This document shows positions 48,057 to 61,092 of a DNA stretch of 64,000 bases, in pieces. A model generated the notes under the pieces. That model saw only the letters and a list, made by a program, of their open reading frames with translations, did no database searches and was not told the DNA's origin. Made by a program: the position numbers and the translations under genes. Location: contig OZ249441.1 in the NCBI GenBank assembly GCA_965235115.1, forward strand, positions 1,860,001 to 1,924,000, read 5' to 3'. The stretch is from Laetmonice hystrix. Lineage: Eukaryota. How positions within the stretch are numbered: position 1 is the stretch's first letter; every line of letters begins with the position of its first letter.

Positions 48057-51000
48057 TGCCACCGCCGCTCAGACCAATTTCCACCAACGGCAGACATTCG
48101 CGACCTCCCAATCCCTGTAGGCGTTGGTCGATGGCCATCCCGAATAGAACTGTTTTAAGGCGTGCCACTTGCTGCATTAACAAACATTCCGGGTACACAG
48201 GCATGACTCCCCTGGCGGGAGAATGTCGCATACTCCTGCCCCAGGTTACACCAATCTCTGTCTGTTATTGACAAGGTTTCAGGATGAGGCGTACATGTCT
48301 TCTACAGGTATGAGGAAGGAATGTTGTCGCTAGAACGTCATCAACCTGACCAATATTTACTATCTCTGTCTGAGTTCGAAGTCGAGAGGTCATTATACAA
48401 TTGCTCCCGAGTGCCCTCTAATTTACCGTAATGCAGACGCCGTTGTGCTTACAGAACGCATATTAACGTACCTTTTCATTGCCGAAATTGGAAATTTTCA
48501 TTGGCATTGGATTGTGTTGGCGTTTCTGTCTATAATTACTGCAGAATGGATTAACCAGGTCACCTGTGCCAGTGCCAGTCAATATATACAGGGCGTATGT
48601 AAATATCACGTTAACAAAAGCCGAGAAAATAATCACAACTCTGTGGTTTGTTATGATTATTACTTTCGTAAGTCTGTACTGATATAATACGATACGTGGT
48701 CGGATGTTTTGTTCACGTCGAGTCTGTGTAAATACAGTATTTCTGATACAAAACCGGGCACGCCCTGTTTTGCGTGCATGCATGGAAGGCCCAATGAAAA
48801 ACCTTGTCTCCCGATTACTTGCGGGCTGCGTCGACCTTGAGGATAAGGGGGGAGCGTCTCCGACTTTCTTCTTCTCGACTTCTAATGGCCCCCTTCCCCC
48901 TATCTTATGTCCTACTAAAAGTTTATTGCAAACTCTCCAATATGATGTGACACAGCCAAGTGACTCGAGTTAGGTCAGAGTAGTGATGGTGATTACAACA
49001 ATATGACATTTACATCTACCTGCCTTTCTAATACACGAGACTTGAACGAAGAACATTGTTATACGCCTGCATAAGAAACATTGCAATGTCAAAAATTCAG
49101 TTGGTGTAATTGTTACTTTGTATGTACTGTCACGTCGTGTCAAATATTATTCTCACTCTATAATACAGCCGCCACTCTAATTATCATCGGTTTAAATGTC
49201 GAATAAATAGAATTTACAGGACAGAATGTTGTACTTCTCATTCTATCTACTCGTCGTCGTACAGAGTCGGTTCAAATGTTCACAGCAAGTAAATACTTAA
49301 TATGATATGGCTGAGTGGCATGCGTGAAAACAACAAAAATGCGAGCGAGCGATTTAGAGAAGAAAACTTTGGACAGAACAAATAACTTACTGGTTTAAAA
49401 AGGTCGTACCACTCGATCAAAACGTTTTGATCTACGCGTGCATGTGCCTGCAAGTCCAAGAAAACCTCATTCCGACCAGTAAACTGATGGCTAGAAGTCA
49501 AACAGACCCACCTTACAGATGAACTCATAAAGCAGTGAGTGAGCACACCTGACGGTGCTATACGTCATGCTATGGACCTACGCGTTTTTGTCAACTCCCT
49601 AAAAAAGGGGTTTCAATGTAAGCAAACACACCACACGTTACACGCCACGCCACGCGTCAAAATCTGAAGCATCAGGTATGTTCCCAACCCTTAAGTATAT
49701 TTATCCTGAAGATGAAGTTGTTTTTCTTCATGGACTATTCCGTCGTTTGTGGCATTATTTTAGCTTTGACTACTAGAGTCTATGATAAAATAATGATCGA
49801 AAACTAACAGAATTTCTTTACAAATAGGATATTAAATGGTAAGATATTTAGCACATGCTCATTATGATAGTTATATACAGGATGTAAACAAAGGAAAAAC
49901 TGCCATAAAACATTGATGACGGTCCCCTCAGGGTTTCTTTAACCGCCCGAATATCTCCTGGCATGCAGATGACGTTGACGACGACTCGATTTGGCAGGAG
50001 GACCCTAACGTAATCAAAGGCACTACGACGCCGCACAAGTATCATGGACACCCGCACAACTCGGCCATTTATTGGCTGAGTTGTCAACCGACGACGTTTG
50101 TTCGAAATGACACGCCTACGCGTCTGCTCCGTCAGAGGAACTTCGCAGTGAATTATGTATTCCTCTCTGCTAATTGCGTCGGGATTTAGAATGAAATGAT
50201 TGCTGTTGGCAACTTATGTTTCATTGACGACAGCGTCATCATTTGGAGGACGTGAGTGATGGTTACGTTAAGGGAAGGCTTGCGAGAGACAGTCGTCGTA
50301 ATATGCTACCGGATTGCATGCCTGCGTAAGGTCGGAACTGGCAGCTGCAAAAACTTGAAATGTAAATTACTTTAAATGTCTAAATTATAATACTGTAAAG
50401 GGTAAAAGGTATAGCAAACGCATGAGCGTATAGAATACAGCCTCATACTGTAAGGGCCGCCCCACCATCAGTAGAAGATGGCATGTAAGATAGCGTTACC
50501 TTACTGCAGCTGGTTTTATAGTAATGCCAGCTTCATACTTGTAATAATGTTTTTCGGCCACGCGGCGTTTGCTTTGCGTATTTAATGTATACAACTTGAT
50601 GACGTCGCACGCCCGTTTGTTACGTCAGCAAACAGCGCTGCGGCGTTATGGCGCCATGCTCTGTACACTGCGACAAAGATGTAATGTCATGTATATGCAG
50701 TTATTCATCATCTTTTGGTTGTACATTGCAGTTGGCGACATGGTTAGGAATGGCCTGAGTTGGCACAAAGTCACCTCAAACGTCTACAATCAATTAGTAT
50801 GCCCTTGATCAGTTCCTATAATCCCCAATTATTTAATATTTTTGGCCTCCCGGGAAGGCCAGCCGAATGAGCGCAGACATCCTGACACGCACAATAGTCC
50901 GTCTATAGATCTACTCGTAGGTGGCGAGTCTATTTGCGGCAGTGCTGCATCGGGCCGGCGCCATTCTTCGCGGCAACACCGCAACTTTACCGCCATTACG

Positions 51001-53049
51001 GCCAACTTGTGGAGCTCATCCAGCTTATCGCGCCAATTTTCTAAAATGCACGCTCATATAAATCGTACGGGAACCCGGGTAATGCGCAGGGGTGCATTGA
51101 TAATGAGGACACCGCTTGCTAAACTGGGCCTGCTTCTTTTGATCCCAAGACAAACACACCCAGCATACGTTTAACGGTAAAGAAATATCACTACATGCTT
51201 GACGCACCTGTTCGATAACAGCAACCATTTTACAAACCGGTGTAGTAATCTAATGAGTGAGGTGGCGCGCATGCGCATATCTGGGCTGTGAGAGTTCTTT
51301 CTCCGGACGGTTCGAACAATGCCGATGATTGCCGAAAGGACCCGGGCGTAAGAATCGGCAAGAGTTCGATGGTGTCGCTCAGACAGGGTTGGATTTTGTA
51401 CGGACTGTTGATGACGTGACCATCACATGACCAAAGGTAGCGCTATGATTGGTTGCGCAGAAAGAGTGATTGCGACTTACACCGCCAGCATACGTCACAT
51501 TGTCGGTTCACGTGATCCACGGGAGCGGTACGTCGACCTGCCATTCAAACATGGTTGATTTTGCCGCAAGGCCCTTCGCAGTGGCAGTAGCGCTGAAATG
51601 GCGTGGCGGCAAAGTTTGCTTGTCACCGTATTGCCGCAAAACTTGATCCACAGCCGCGGTGGCACAAGCCGGGGAATGGCCGTGACGTCACCAAATGAGC
51701 GATCATGAGTCATTCGGGATTCCCTCGGCCATATCTTCGAAAGTAGCCTCGGGTGAAATAGGCGCCATTTTGAGCATTGCATCGCGGGTACATTTAGCCG
51801 GGACTCTCGACAGCATGGCAGTGCTTGCAGTATTTTGTCTGCATCAGGCCTACAGTGCTTTCCCCGAAGTCAGTGGGCAATATTACGATAGTATCATGTT
51901 CACGATACAACTTAAATTACAAGTAGTCCTACCATGTGTAGTCCAGTTGTCGTGGGCGCGGCCATATTGCTTCCCATAATTTCATAAATTACCGTATTGA
52001 CGCCCATTTAGGTAAATTAGGTGATTAATTTTTCTTCGTCAAACGTTTCCCTTCATACCAGAAATTTATATTTGCACATACAACGCCGACGGAGCAGGTG
52101 TCAATAATGTACTACTTCCTGGCTCGATGAGATATGACGGTTCACTCAGTGCCTCACTACACACCTCCATTTGGCCATGTATCCGGTTGCCAAACATGGC
52201 CGCTAATCCACCCGAGGGTATATTCGAATAGCAGGAAGTGACGTCATATGCCCGAGGGAGTCCCGAATGATAATGAGTGTTAGGTATAACGGTTAGGTTT
52301 AGCATCTTTTATCGCTCATTTTTATGACGTCACGACCATTTCCTGGCATGAGCCGCAGCAGTGACATAGTTGGGACGGAGCGGCGGTGAAACCGCAACTT
52401 TGCCGAAGTGCTACCGCAAGTGGTTCGCCCTATTAATTGTTTATGCTGAGCAAGATGGCAAGCGTTATTTTATACCCGACCGAGTGGAGGATATTAAAAA
52501 CTTAATTTCCGTGAATAAAAAGATAAAGAGGCAGACAGAAGACACAGAGTCAATCAAAGACCTTTGATTTGAAACTCTTGTATCTTTGTCAATCTCGTCT
52601 CGTCTCCTTCCTGGGTAGGATAATGACAAATACACAATTTCACAACGTGCATGCAATGGCTCTTTAAAACATCTCCCGCTGTGGCGTAGAGGATTGACTT
52701 CTAACTTCGACTTCGGCAATTGTTTTTTTTAACGCCAAGTAGGCCTACAGACACTGGCAGCCATTATCGTGATGATGATCCAACCTCATCTCATGAATAC
52801 CATATAGACGAGAGACAGGGCTAGACAGAAAATGTTCACTTTCATGTTATGACAAGCTGGCTACTCGGACGTCGTCAAACTACGAACGAATGTCGACGCA
52901 CGTAACGCGCTTCGCCTGCCACCTGACGAACTGAAAGTTTTCATCTCTGGGAACGTGTTTGGTGGGGGGGGGGGGGCAGAGACACTATGACTCGGCACCA
53001 TAAAGGAAGATGAACAACCATGCTGTACTCGATATTTTATAACTTGTAA

Positions 53050-53348
53050 TCAGTGGCAAGGCTGGGCTTGGGGCCCGCGGCTGTCTCGGCAACTAGTGGC
53101 AAGGCTGGGTTTGGGGTCCGCGGCTGTCTCGGCAACTAGTGGCAAGGCTGGGTTTGGGGTCCGCGGCTGTCTCGGCAACTAGTGGCAAGGCTGGGCTTGG
53201 GGTCCGCGGCTGTCTCGGCAACTAGTGGCAAGGCTGGGCTTGGGGCCCGCGGCTGTCTCGGCAACTAGTGGCAAGGCTGGGCATGGGGCCCGCGGCTGTC
53301 TCGGCAACTAGTGGCAAGGCTGGGCTTGGGGCCCGCGGCTGTCTCGGC
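53050..53348. repeat. 43-bp GC-rich minisatellite, ~7 copies
   Basis: Unit tagtggcaaggctgggcttggggcccgcggctgtctcggcaac. Confidence 0.92.
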
Positions 53349-54448
53349 TTCGCAACCTCACCCCTTCCCCGCACATTATAACGGGGCGTGGTAAATTCAG
53401 TAGTTTCAATGTTAGCAGGAACGTTATAATTAACATTAACACATGTTCATGCGCTCCCTGGATGTTATCCCCTGTAGCACCTGCCATACAACAAGAATTG
53501 AACTGATATCACTCGCTCGGAACAATTTCTGTTCCCTTTGCCGGGAATCGCTACTCCTGTTAACCTCGACTTTCACCTGGGTGGTGTCGTCCACTTCCGT
53601 CCATTCTCCTGATTGTCGCCGCCGCATCCCAAGCTACGACTGCCTTCCCATGAAGGCAATATCTTCACATTAAACGAAGAAAGAATTGATTTTCTCTTTG
53701 AGGTGCAAACCATGTAGTGGTTTATGGCCTTACAATGGCCGAGTGGTACAGCCAATGTGCGGGAGGCAGGGTGCCCTCGGGGTGAGACCGCCTACGATAA
53801 GGACCTTGGCTGCGCTATCTTCACACCCCTCTGGGTTTGAAAGCACCCCTCTCGGAGTCTGGCGCCGTACAAGGAGTGTACTCATGACATGGTCTCAGGC
53901 CTAGTTCAGCCGAGGCAAAGTCTGTGTGAATGCCATGTCTCCGAGCAAAGTCTTCGCCTCCCACTCGCACAACTCGGGGAGAGTCACTTCGATCACCGAG
54001 CCGAGTATAATTCGATGAAAGAGATCCATGGCTTCGCAAGGGAAGCCACCAAAAGAAACTCCTTTTTATACTTCAACGGAAGCATTGTTTTCTCAGATAA
54101 TATCGGACAAAGTTTTAGTATACAAGAGCGATATCGATAATTCTGCATAAAGTCCCGAAACTTCTGCCTATAGTGACTACATCAGGGCCTCTCAACCTCA
54201 AGGTTCCATTCGGAGTTATGTGAGAACGTTTGTTAATTATTTGCTGCAAGTTTGCAATGCATAAAAGACCAGTTCGATATGACTCTAACGGTTGCTAAGC
54301 GAAACAGTGCTAAACAATTATTTCCAATGATGGGCTCCCTTGACTGTTCTGTTCAATTTTTATTTATTTATTTATTTATTTTTGTCAGCTACTCCAATAC
54401 AGCCACATTTAACAGTTGTATAGAAACTGTATAGAATAAAGTACTCAC

Positions 54449-54491
54449 TCGGTTGGCGTTGGTTCTGTGGGTTGGGGGCTTGCCGTTGGGA
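54449..54491 (-). CDS. Neuropeptide precursor coding exon 2 (LPTASPQPTEPTPT-E)
   Basis: Acceptor tctttgttgcag and donor GTGAGT; 43 nt, phase 1 in and phase 2 out, matching the phase-2 acceptor at 40995. The joined CDS is 1845 nt (614 aa). Confidence 0.7.
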
Positions 54492-54642
54492 CTGCAACAA
54501 AGATCCACACCAATAAATAACATCTCCCTCCCTGGTGAAATCAAAGCTAGGCCTACAGTTGAAGCTTCACAGCTTTCAACGGGGATTTGGAAACGATCTA
54601 ACTACAACGTGATTCACTTGTAACGTAAAAGATGTTACTTAC

Positions 54643-54694
54643 GCGTTAAAGCATAGATGCAGACGAAAAGTTCCAGAAGTTTGTGGTGGTACAT
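54643..54694 (-). CDS. Neuropeptide precursor coding exon 1 (signal peptide MYHHKLLELFVCIYALT)
   Basis: gccATG context and a hydrophobic N-terminus; 52 nt ending in phase 1 at a perfect GTAAGT donor (54642). Confidence 0.72.
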
Positions 54695-55793
54695 GGCAGA
54701 GCCGGTTTCGGTTTGGACTTGGCGGCTGTCGTGGCGTGTAGTGAGGGCCGCGCCAGTCAGTTGATGAGGTGAGCAGTTTAGAACTGCTGTCCACCTTGCT
54801 CCACGCTCTGCACCACTAGTGTCCGACGGCGCAGGGAGACATGGACATGTTGCCGAGAGACATCTCCAGCTTCTCGAACTCTGACGTAAGGATCTTTTCG
54901 ACGTGCGCAGCTGGTTTAAACGCTAGAGGGACTGCACGGGGGACTTTTGAGTAAAACAGGGCCGTTACCAGGTCCTTATCATTCCCCGACGACACACTGT
55001 CGATTAAATCAGTCAGACAACAATTAATGACAAGCCATCTACCGCGTAGATATGTTCCCGTTGTGGGCGTCTTACTTCGGACGTCATGCCCACGTGACAC
55101 CCAACAAGCGTTCCCTTTACCTGCGCACGCATTGTTATGCGCCGACTATGGTCGAATCAGCGCAGGGGTGACGCTTTCAGCGCCAGTTGGCCCCACCCTG
55201 ATGAGGCCCTATGTCACGGGGGCGTCTAAAGCATCTTCAGATGCCACGTCGAATGTCATTGCCAATGTCAGTCGCGAAAGTCTTGCTCTGTAAGGATTAT
55301 TCTGCCTTTATTACTTTTGTACTATAATTACAGAGCGGGAAAAGGTCAGAAGGACCAGGCTCCGATGAAAGGAAGCACGATATGCCTTTAAAGGATTAGG
55401 ATGTTTGTCGGTATGTTCTTATTATCAGACTTTTTCTCCCTCCCACTTTGATCCGTGGTCTGTCTAGACTGATCTCTGAGATACTATTTCAAAAAGAAGT
55501 GCAAACATCCGTCATCGCCTAAAGACAGGATAATACAATAACACAGTAAGAGTATGCCATCCGTTTACAACTCAAATTATTAAAACAATGGACAACAATA
55601 TGACACAACTTCTGCTGTCATTGCCAGCTTGTTGTCAAAGAGACCTCAGATCAGTTACAACTTTACATCGTTTTTAATTTATTCAACTTAACTCAAGCAA
55701 AATTTAAAATTGGCTGTAGACCTATATAATAGTCATTGTTACGGTTGTGAGGCACCCGGGAGGAAATAACATAGGATTGGAAGAGAGAGGGAG

Positions 55794-55797
<4 letters not shown>

Positions 55798-55846
<49 letters not shown>
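55798..55846. repeat. (GA)n microsatellite
   Basis: Direct inspection. Confidence 0.9.
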
Positions 55847-55853
<7 letters not shown>

Positions 55854-55902
55854 CGCATTAACTACGGGGGTCACTCGTGCCGAATTAGGGTTTATGAACA
55901 AA

Positions 55903-56035
55903 NNNNNNNNNNNNNNNNNNNNNNNNNNNNNNNNNNNNNNNNNNNNNNNNNNNNNNNNNNNNNNNNNNNNNNNNNNNNNNNNNNNNNNNNNNNNNNNNNN
56001 NNNNNNNNNNNNNNNNNNNNNNNNNNNNNNNNNNN
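55903..56035. other. Assembly gap (N run)
   Basis: 133 Ns. Confidence 0.98.
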
Positions 56036-56510
56036 TGTGTCAGAGACAGCCAGCGCATCGCTTTAGTTGACTTCCTTGGAATGGTTTCAGTTTCCCTTAG
56101 AGAACTGTGTGAGATCGAAGAGTACATGCCAGTATACGACTCCTGCCCCAGGGGACATACTTGCTGCAGTGTCATGGCAGGAGAAGCCACAGAAACTACC
56201 GTCAACTTGTATGACGTACGGTCATCTAATACAGCCCGCTAGGAGCACAGGAAGCAGACGACAAGTGATAACGAATAATAAGCACACCTGTTCGCTAACA
56301 CAGAATATTTTTCATGATAAATTTGACGCCTCAGTTGAGAACCATTTTCGTTTCATCCAACCTCCGTGAGCCCTGATGGCATGACGCAAAGGTGGAATAA
56401 ATGAATATTGCACGACGACGTGAGCCTACGCCTTGATGATATGCCCGCGGCGTAGTCCTGATCAGACTGTATAACACCTTCCCGAGATTTGGACCCGATG
56501 ACAAAGAGTG

Positions 56511-56703
56511 CAGTGGCGGATCCATGGGGAGAATTATGGGGGTTGCACCCCCTAACGAAATAAATGTTCTATTTGTCTGATTGAAAGGTTTAAACCAAAC
56601 ATACCCCCTCCCCTTGGCATCCCTCCCCTCTTGGCGCCACCCCCCACCCCACCCCACCCCACCCCACCCCCACCCTCTTGGCACCAACCTGGATCCGCCC
56701 CTG
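56511..56703. mobile_element. MITE with 14-bp TIRs and 5-bp TSD
   Basis: CAGTGGCGGATCCA ... TGGATCCGCCCCTG (13/14), flanked on both sides by GAGTG. Confidence 0.72.
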
Positions 56704-57059
56704 GAGTGCATTATGCTTTAATAAGTAACCTCTGTCGGGGCATTATTAAATTGTTAGCAGCGCCAGGCTGTGCTTTCAGGCTATGAATATGGTATCGTTC
56801 ATAGGATCAGGTCAGGGTTCTTATGATGTCTGAATATGGTATCGTTCATAGGATCAGGTCAGGGTTCTATGATATCTGCATCCAGTGCACATAGCTTTCA
56901 TGGTCCATGGTCCATGACCTGCTGACTGGGATGTTAGGGGCCAGGCGATGGAAGGAGTAGGCGGAGATTTGACACGTAGAGAGTTCGCCTTTGTTTGGCC
57001 GTCGGTCCCCACATCTCACAGGTTTCCCTCCAGAGTACCTATTCTCCGACCCACCTCAC

Positions 57060-57480
57060 TTGGGCTGTACACTTCGCTTACACTAATATACGGACATGGC
57101 AGGTGTTCCAAGATGGGATCCTCCGATCCTGGGTTGTACACTTCGCTTACACTAATATACGGACATGGCAGGTGTTCAAGATGGGATCCTCCGATCCTGG
57201 GTTGTACACTTCACCTAAACCACTAATATACGGACATGGCAGGTGTTCCAGGATGGGATCCTCCGATGCTGGTCCGTACACTTCGCTTACACTAATATAC
57301 GGACATGGCAGGTGTTCCAAGATGGGATCCTCCGATCCTGGGTTGTACACTTCGCTTACACTAATATACGGACATGGCAGGTGTTCCAAGATGGGATCCT
57401 CCGATCCTTGGCTGTACACTTCACCTAAACCACTAATATACGGTCATGGCAGGTGTTCCAAGATGGGATCCTCCGATCAC
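57060..57480. repeat. ~69-bp minisatellite, ~6 copies
   Basis: gtacacttcgcttacactaatatacggacatggcaggtgttccaagatgggatcctccgatcctgggtt. Confidence 0.9.
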
Positions 57481-58376
57481 CCGTGTTTAACAGGTATTGG
57501 AGAGCAATGGTGATGTGTGCAGATCAAATAGGCGCTTCTTGTCATCAGGGAGAGGAGAGCAAAATAATTACGTTTGTAAAAATTGTCAAACTATAGGTAG
57601 TGTCTGAGTAAATCTGTGCACTGAAACGCTATAACGTGCTGCTATAGTTCTTTCTATCGTCGCCTATACAGTATGACTAACATCAACCCTATTCTCAAAC
57701 AAAATGAATTTTCATCTTATTCAGACAATGATAAAGACAAGATACAGTGAAATTTATAACCCGCTGAATGAGACCCTGGCACACATAATTATATACAGGG
57801 ACACGTACGCACACACAGGTAAACTTCCATTCACAAATGAGTTCTTATCTATATATTCACCCGCATCAATTCTTGACATTAATTGCGACTCATTGATTTT
57901 GTTTACGTGGTACACTCAGGCAACCAGCTGGGTTGTCCCAGTATAGTCTCCCAGAGCAGTTATGTTCCGCGATGATTGGAAACCTGTTGGATCGGTCAGC
58001 TGGTGGTTACCGAGAGGGACAGACAAATAATAAACCTGCCGTTTATCACCAACTGTCCAAACCTTTGCACATGGCAGGGTATATTTGCAACCTCCCCTTA
58101 AATTACTAATCATCGGGGTTTGTTTTTTGTTATTTTTTTACCTTTTTATTGAGATGACCAAATGATTTTTCCTACGTGAAGTATTCAGAAATTTTTGACT
58201 GTCTGTATTTAGTTTTCCAGTCCGACATTTCTTGCCGAATACACGGGGACACAGGAAGAAGCTGGCCTGGCCACACTTGGATCCACTGTATAATATTCTG
58301 TTTGAGGATCAACGGCTGTTTGTACAATCTCATACAAGACGGAGAGGGCGTGTCTCACATACAACCAACATCTACT

Positions 58377-58580
58377 GGTCACAGAGGTATCCACCATGAT
58401 ACCTCCTCGGTCACAGAGGTATCCACCATGATACCTCCTCGGTCACAGAGGTATCCACCATGATACCTCCTCGGTCACAGAGGTATCCACCATGATACCT
58501 CCTCGGTCACAGAGGTATCCACCATGATACCTCCTCGGTCACAGAGGTATCCACCATGATACCTCCTCGGTCACAGAGGG
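58377..58580. repeat. 32-bp minisatellite, ~6 copies, with internal hairpin (gaggtatc/gatacctc)
   Basis: Unit ggtcacagaggtatccaccatgatacctcctc. Confidence 0.9.
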
Positions 58581-58744
58581 TAATGTGGATTATCATGTTC
58601 GGGGTGGGCAAAATCAGAGAGACCCTATAGTCAGTCACTATCACCGTCAGCAATCATGACAGGGACTAACTCAGTGAGTTTGCTTTTATCTGATACAGGC
58701 CTGGTCGCCACTGTTGACGTTAACTAACCTGACAGCTGTCTACG

Positions 58745-59245
58745 CTTTGTAGTGTCACTATATGTAGGCCAGTGATCTGATCGTAGGTGCTGTCTGTGCT
58801 GTCTCCGCTACGCTTTGTAGTGTCAAAAGGACAGTGCTCTGAGCTTAGGTAACGAAATCTCCGCTGCATCTTCAACATTTATAGTGTCACTAGGACAGTG
58901 CTCTAAGCTTAGGTAACGAAATCTCTGCTGCGTCTTCAACATTTATAGTGTCACTAGGACAGTGCTCTGAGCTTAGGTGACTAAAACTCAGCTGCGTCTT
59001 CAACATTTATAGTGTCACTAGGACAGTGCTCTCTGGGTGACAACACCTCCGGTATCTCTTCTACATTTGTAGTGTCACCAGGGCAGTGCTCTGAATTTAA
59101 GTGACCATAACTCTGCTGCGTCGTCAACATTTGTAGTGTTGACGACGCAGTGCTCTGATCGTAAGTGACAATACCTCCGTTGTCCCTTCCACATTAATAT
59201 TTTGTAGTGTCACTAGGACAGTGCTCTGATCGTAGGTGACTACAA
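58745..59245. repeat. Diverged ~60-bp tandem repeat (tagtgtcactaggacagtgctctga core)
   Basis: About 8 degenerate copies. Confidence 0.75.
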
Positions 59246-59422
59246 CTCTTCTATATTAATTCTAGTCTATAATGGATCCTTTCAATACACTTTAGTTCTT
59301 TATTTTTTGTGATTTTTTGAATATTATGGTAGTATTATTGTTATTACTGCGCGATAAAATCCGAAATTAAAGTAGGTGTAAATCCAATACCCCCCCCCCC
59401 CTCTCTCTCTCTCTCACTCCGC

Positions 59423-59713
59423 NNNNNNNNNNNNNNNNNNNNNNNNNNNNNNNNNNNNNNNNNNNNNNNNNNNNNNNNNNNNNNNNNNNNNNNNNNNNNN
59501 NNNNNNNNNNNNNNNNNNNNNNNNNNNNNNNNNNNNNNNNNNNNNNNNNNNNNNNNNNNNNNNNNNNTCTCTCTCACTNNNNNNNNNNNNNNNNNNNNNN
59601 NNNNNNNNNNNNNNNNNNNNNNNNNNNNNNNNNNNNNNNNNNNNNNNNNNNNNNNNNNNNNNNNNNNNNNNNNNNNNNNNNNNNNNNNNNNNNNNNNNNN
59701 NNNNNNNNNNNNN
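59423..59713. other. Assembly gaps (two N runs, 59423-59567 and 59579-59713)
   Basis: Ns flanked by CT repeats. Confidence 0.97.
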
Positions 59714-60649
59714 GCGTTGCTAGGAGTAGTCTAAGTGCTTTCGCTAAGAGAAATTCTAAATACGAGAACGGACCACTTGATTCCTGCCGGTCGGATGCAA
59801 GTGTTTGCGTCTCCTATGAACATATAATTTATTGACCCCGGACTGAGGATGTGCCTCCCGGCAAGCTGTCTGCCAAGACATGATCTACAGTTCTGGTATA
59901 CATTACTCCCACATCCCGACCTGCCTTTGCCTTGCTGACAGAGTGTGTCCTACCAGGTATCGACACCCCTTTTTGTCTGTGCTTGCGCCGCCACAGTTGA
60001 TAGTATACGCCACCGCATTTATTAATTAAATATCATAACAGACAATGAATTTAACTTTGACTCATACCGGGTATTGTTTGATAGAGGCCAACCTCTTGCA
60101 TTGATAGATTTTTGCAAGAAAGGTCCTCACAACCGTTTCAAATTTGGGCAGGAAAGGAAATAAAGTCAAGCTTGTATTGTTTGGTAGCAGTGTTTGGGGA
60201 CTCAGGTGGAGCACCCTATGGGAATAAGTTATCCATCTCAAACTAATTGATGACTGTGAACTTTAATCACGCAATCAGAGAGGTCAATTAATGTAGATTT
60301 ATGGTCTCGAGTTGGGCAATCCCTGTACTCGCGGTCCAGAAGAACACATCCAGAAACTTATCTACCACAGTATAATTATTTAAAGTTAATTAACTCGTGA
60401 AACAGTTTAATATTGAGGTCTACGTCTTAAATAGACATAAGTAGGATTGTAATCATCTCCTACTCTGCTACCAAAACTTATGATATAGCTTCTGGAACAG
60501 TTGATCATTATACAGGGTGCCCCCCCCCCCCCCCCCCCCCCAAAGAAAAAAAATAAAATTAAAAAAAATTGCACAACCATATTTGTACACCTGTCACATT
60601 TGGGAGCTTCACATAAGTTATAAAGAATCTCTTTTTTTTGGGTCAAAAT

Positions 60650-60870
60650 TAATGGTCTTTATTTTATCCTGATTGGTCAATGCACTTATGAATTATGTTA
60701 CTTTTCATTCATCAAAGTCATGACTTTGAATAGCACTGTCAGGCAGCGTGATGTGTAATCCTCATGGACATTACGCTGCCTCACAGTAATTCAGAGGCAT
60801 GACTTTGATGACCGAAAAGTAACATAATTCATGAATGCCTTGGCCAATCAAGATAAAATAAAAACCATTA
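60650..60870. mobile_element. Fold-back MITE-like long inverted repeat (~105-bp arms)
   Basis: taatggtctttattttatcctgattggtcaa...atgaattatgttacttttc... is mirrored by ...gaaaagtaacataattcat...ttggccaatcaagataaaataaaaaccatta. Confidence 0.75.
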
Positions 60871-61092
60871 TTCTTGAAAAAAGATTTCTTCTACCATATG
60901 TGAAGTCCGCAAATGTGATAGGTGTGAAAATATGGTTGTTCATTTTTTGGGACACCCTATATTATGGAATGCTCAGTCAGACCTTGTTTCCCCAAAAGAA
61001 GATTATTTATGTCCCCAATATTATGCAGCGGCAATCAAAGCTGGGCAATTCTACGATAATACAGTACAATCTACAGCAGCCTTACAGGCCAG

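Noticed and set aside
47775-48158. Poly-Leu 'signal/TM' ORF, and a GFNA stretch resembling a LINE endonuclease GDFNA motif on the minus strand
   Set aside because: The poly-Leu comes from a (CCT)n microsatellite, and the endonuclease resemblance is too short and lacks the Asp.
53720-53870. tRNA/SINE-like A box (TGGCCGAGTGG)
   Set aside because: There is no recognisable B box at the expected distance and no cloverleaf.
55195-55285. CTGATGAG hammerhead-ribozyme-like core
   Set aside because: No GAAA follows a stem II, and stems I and III cannot be built.
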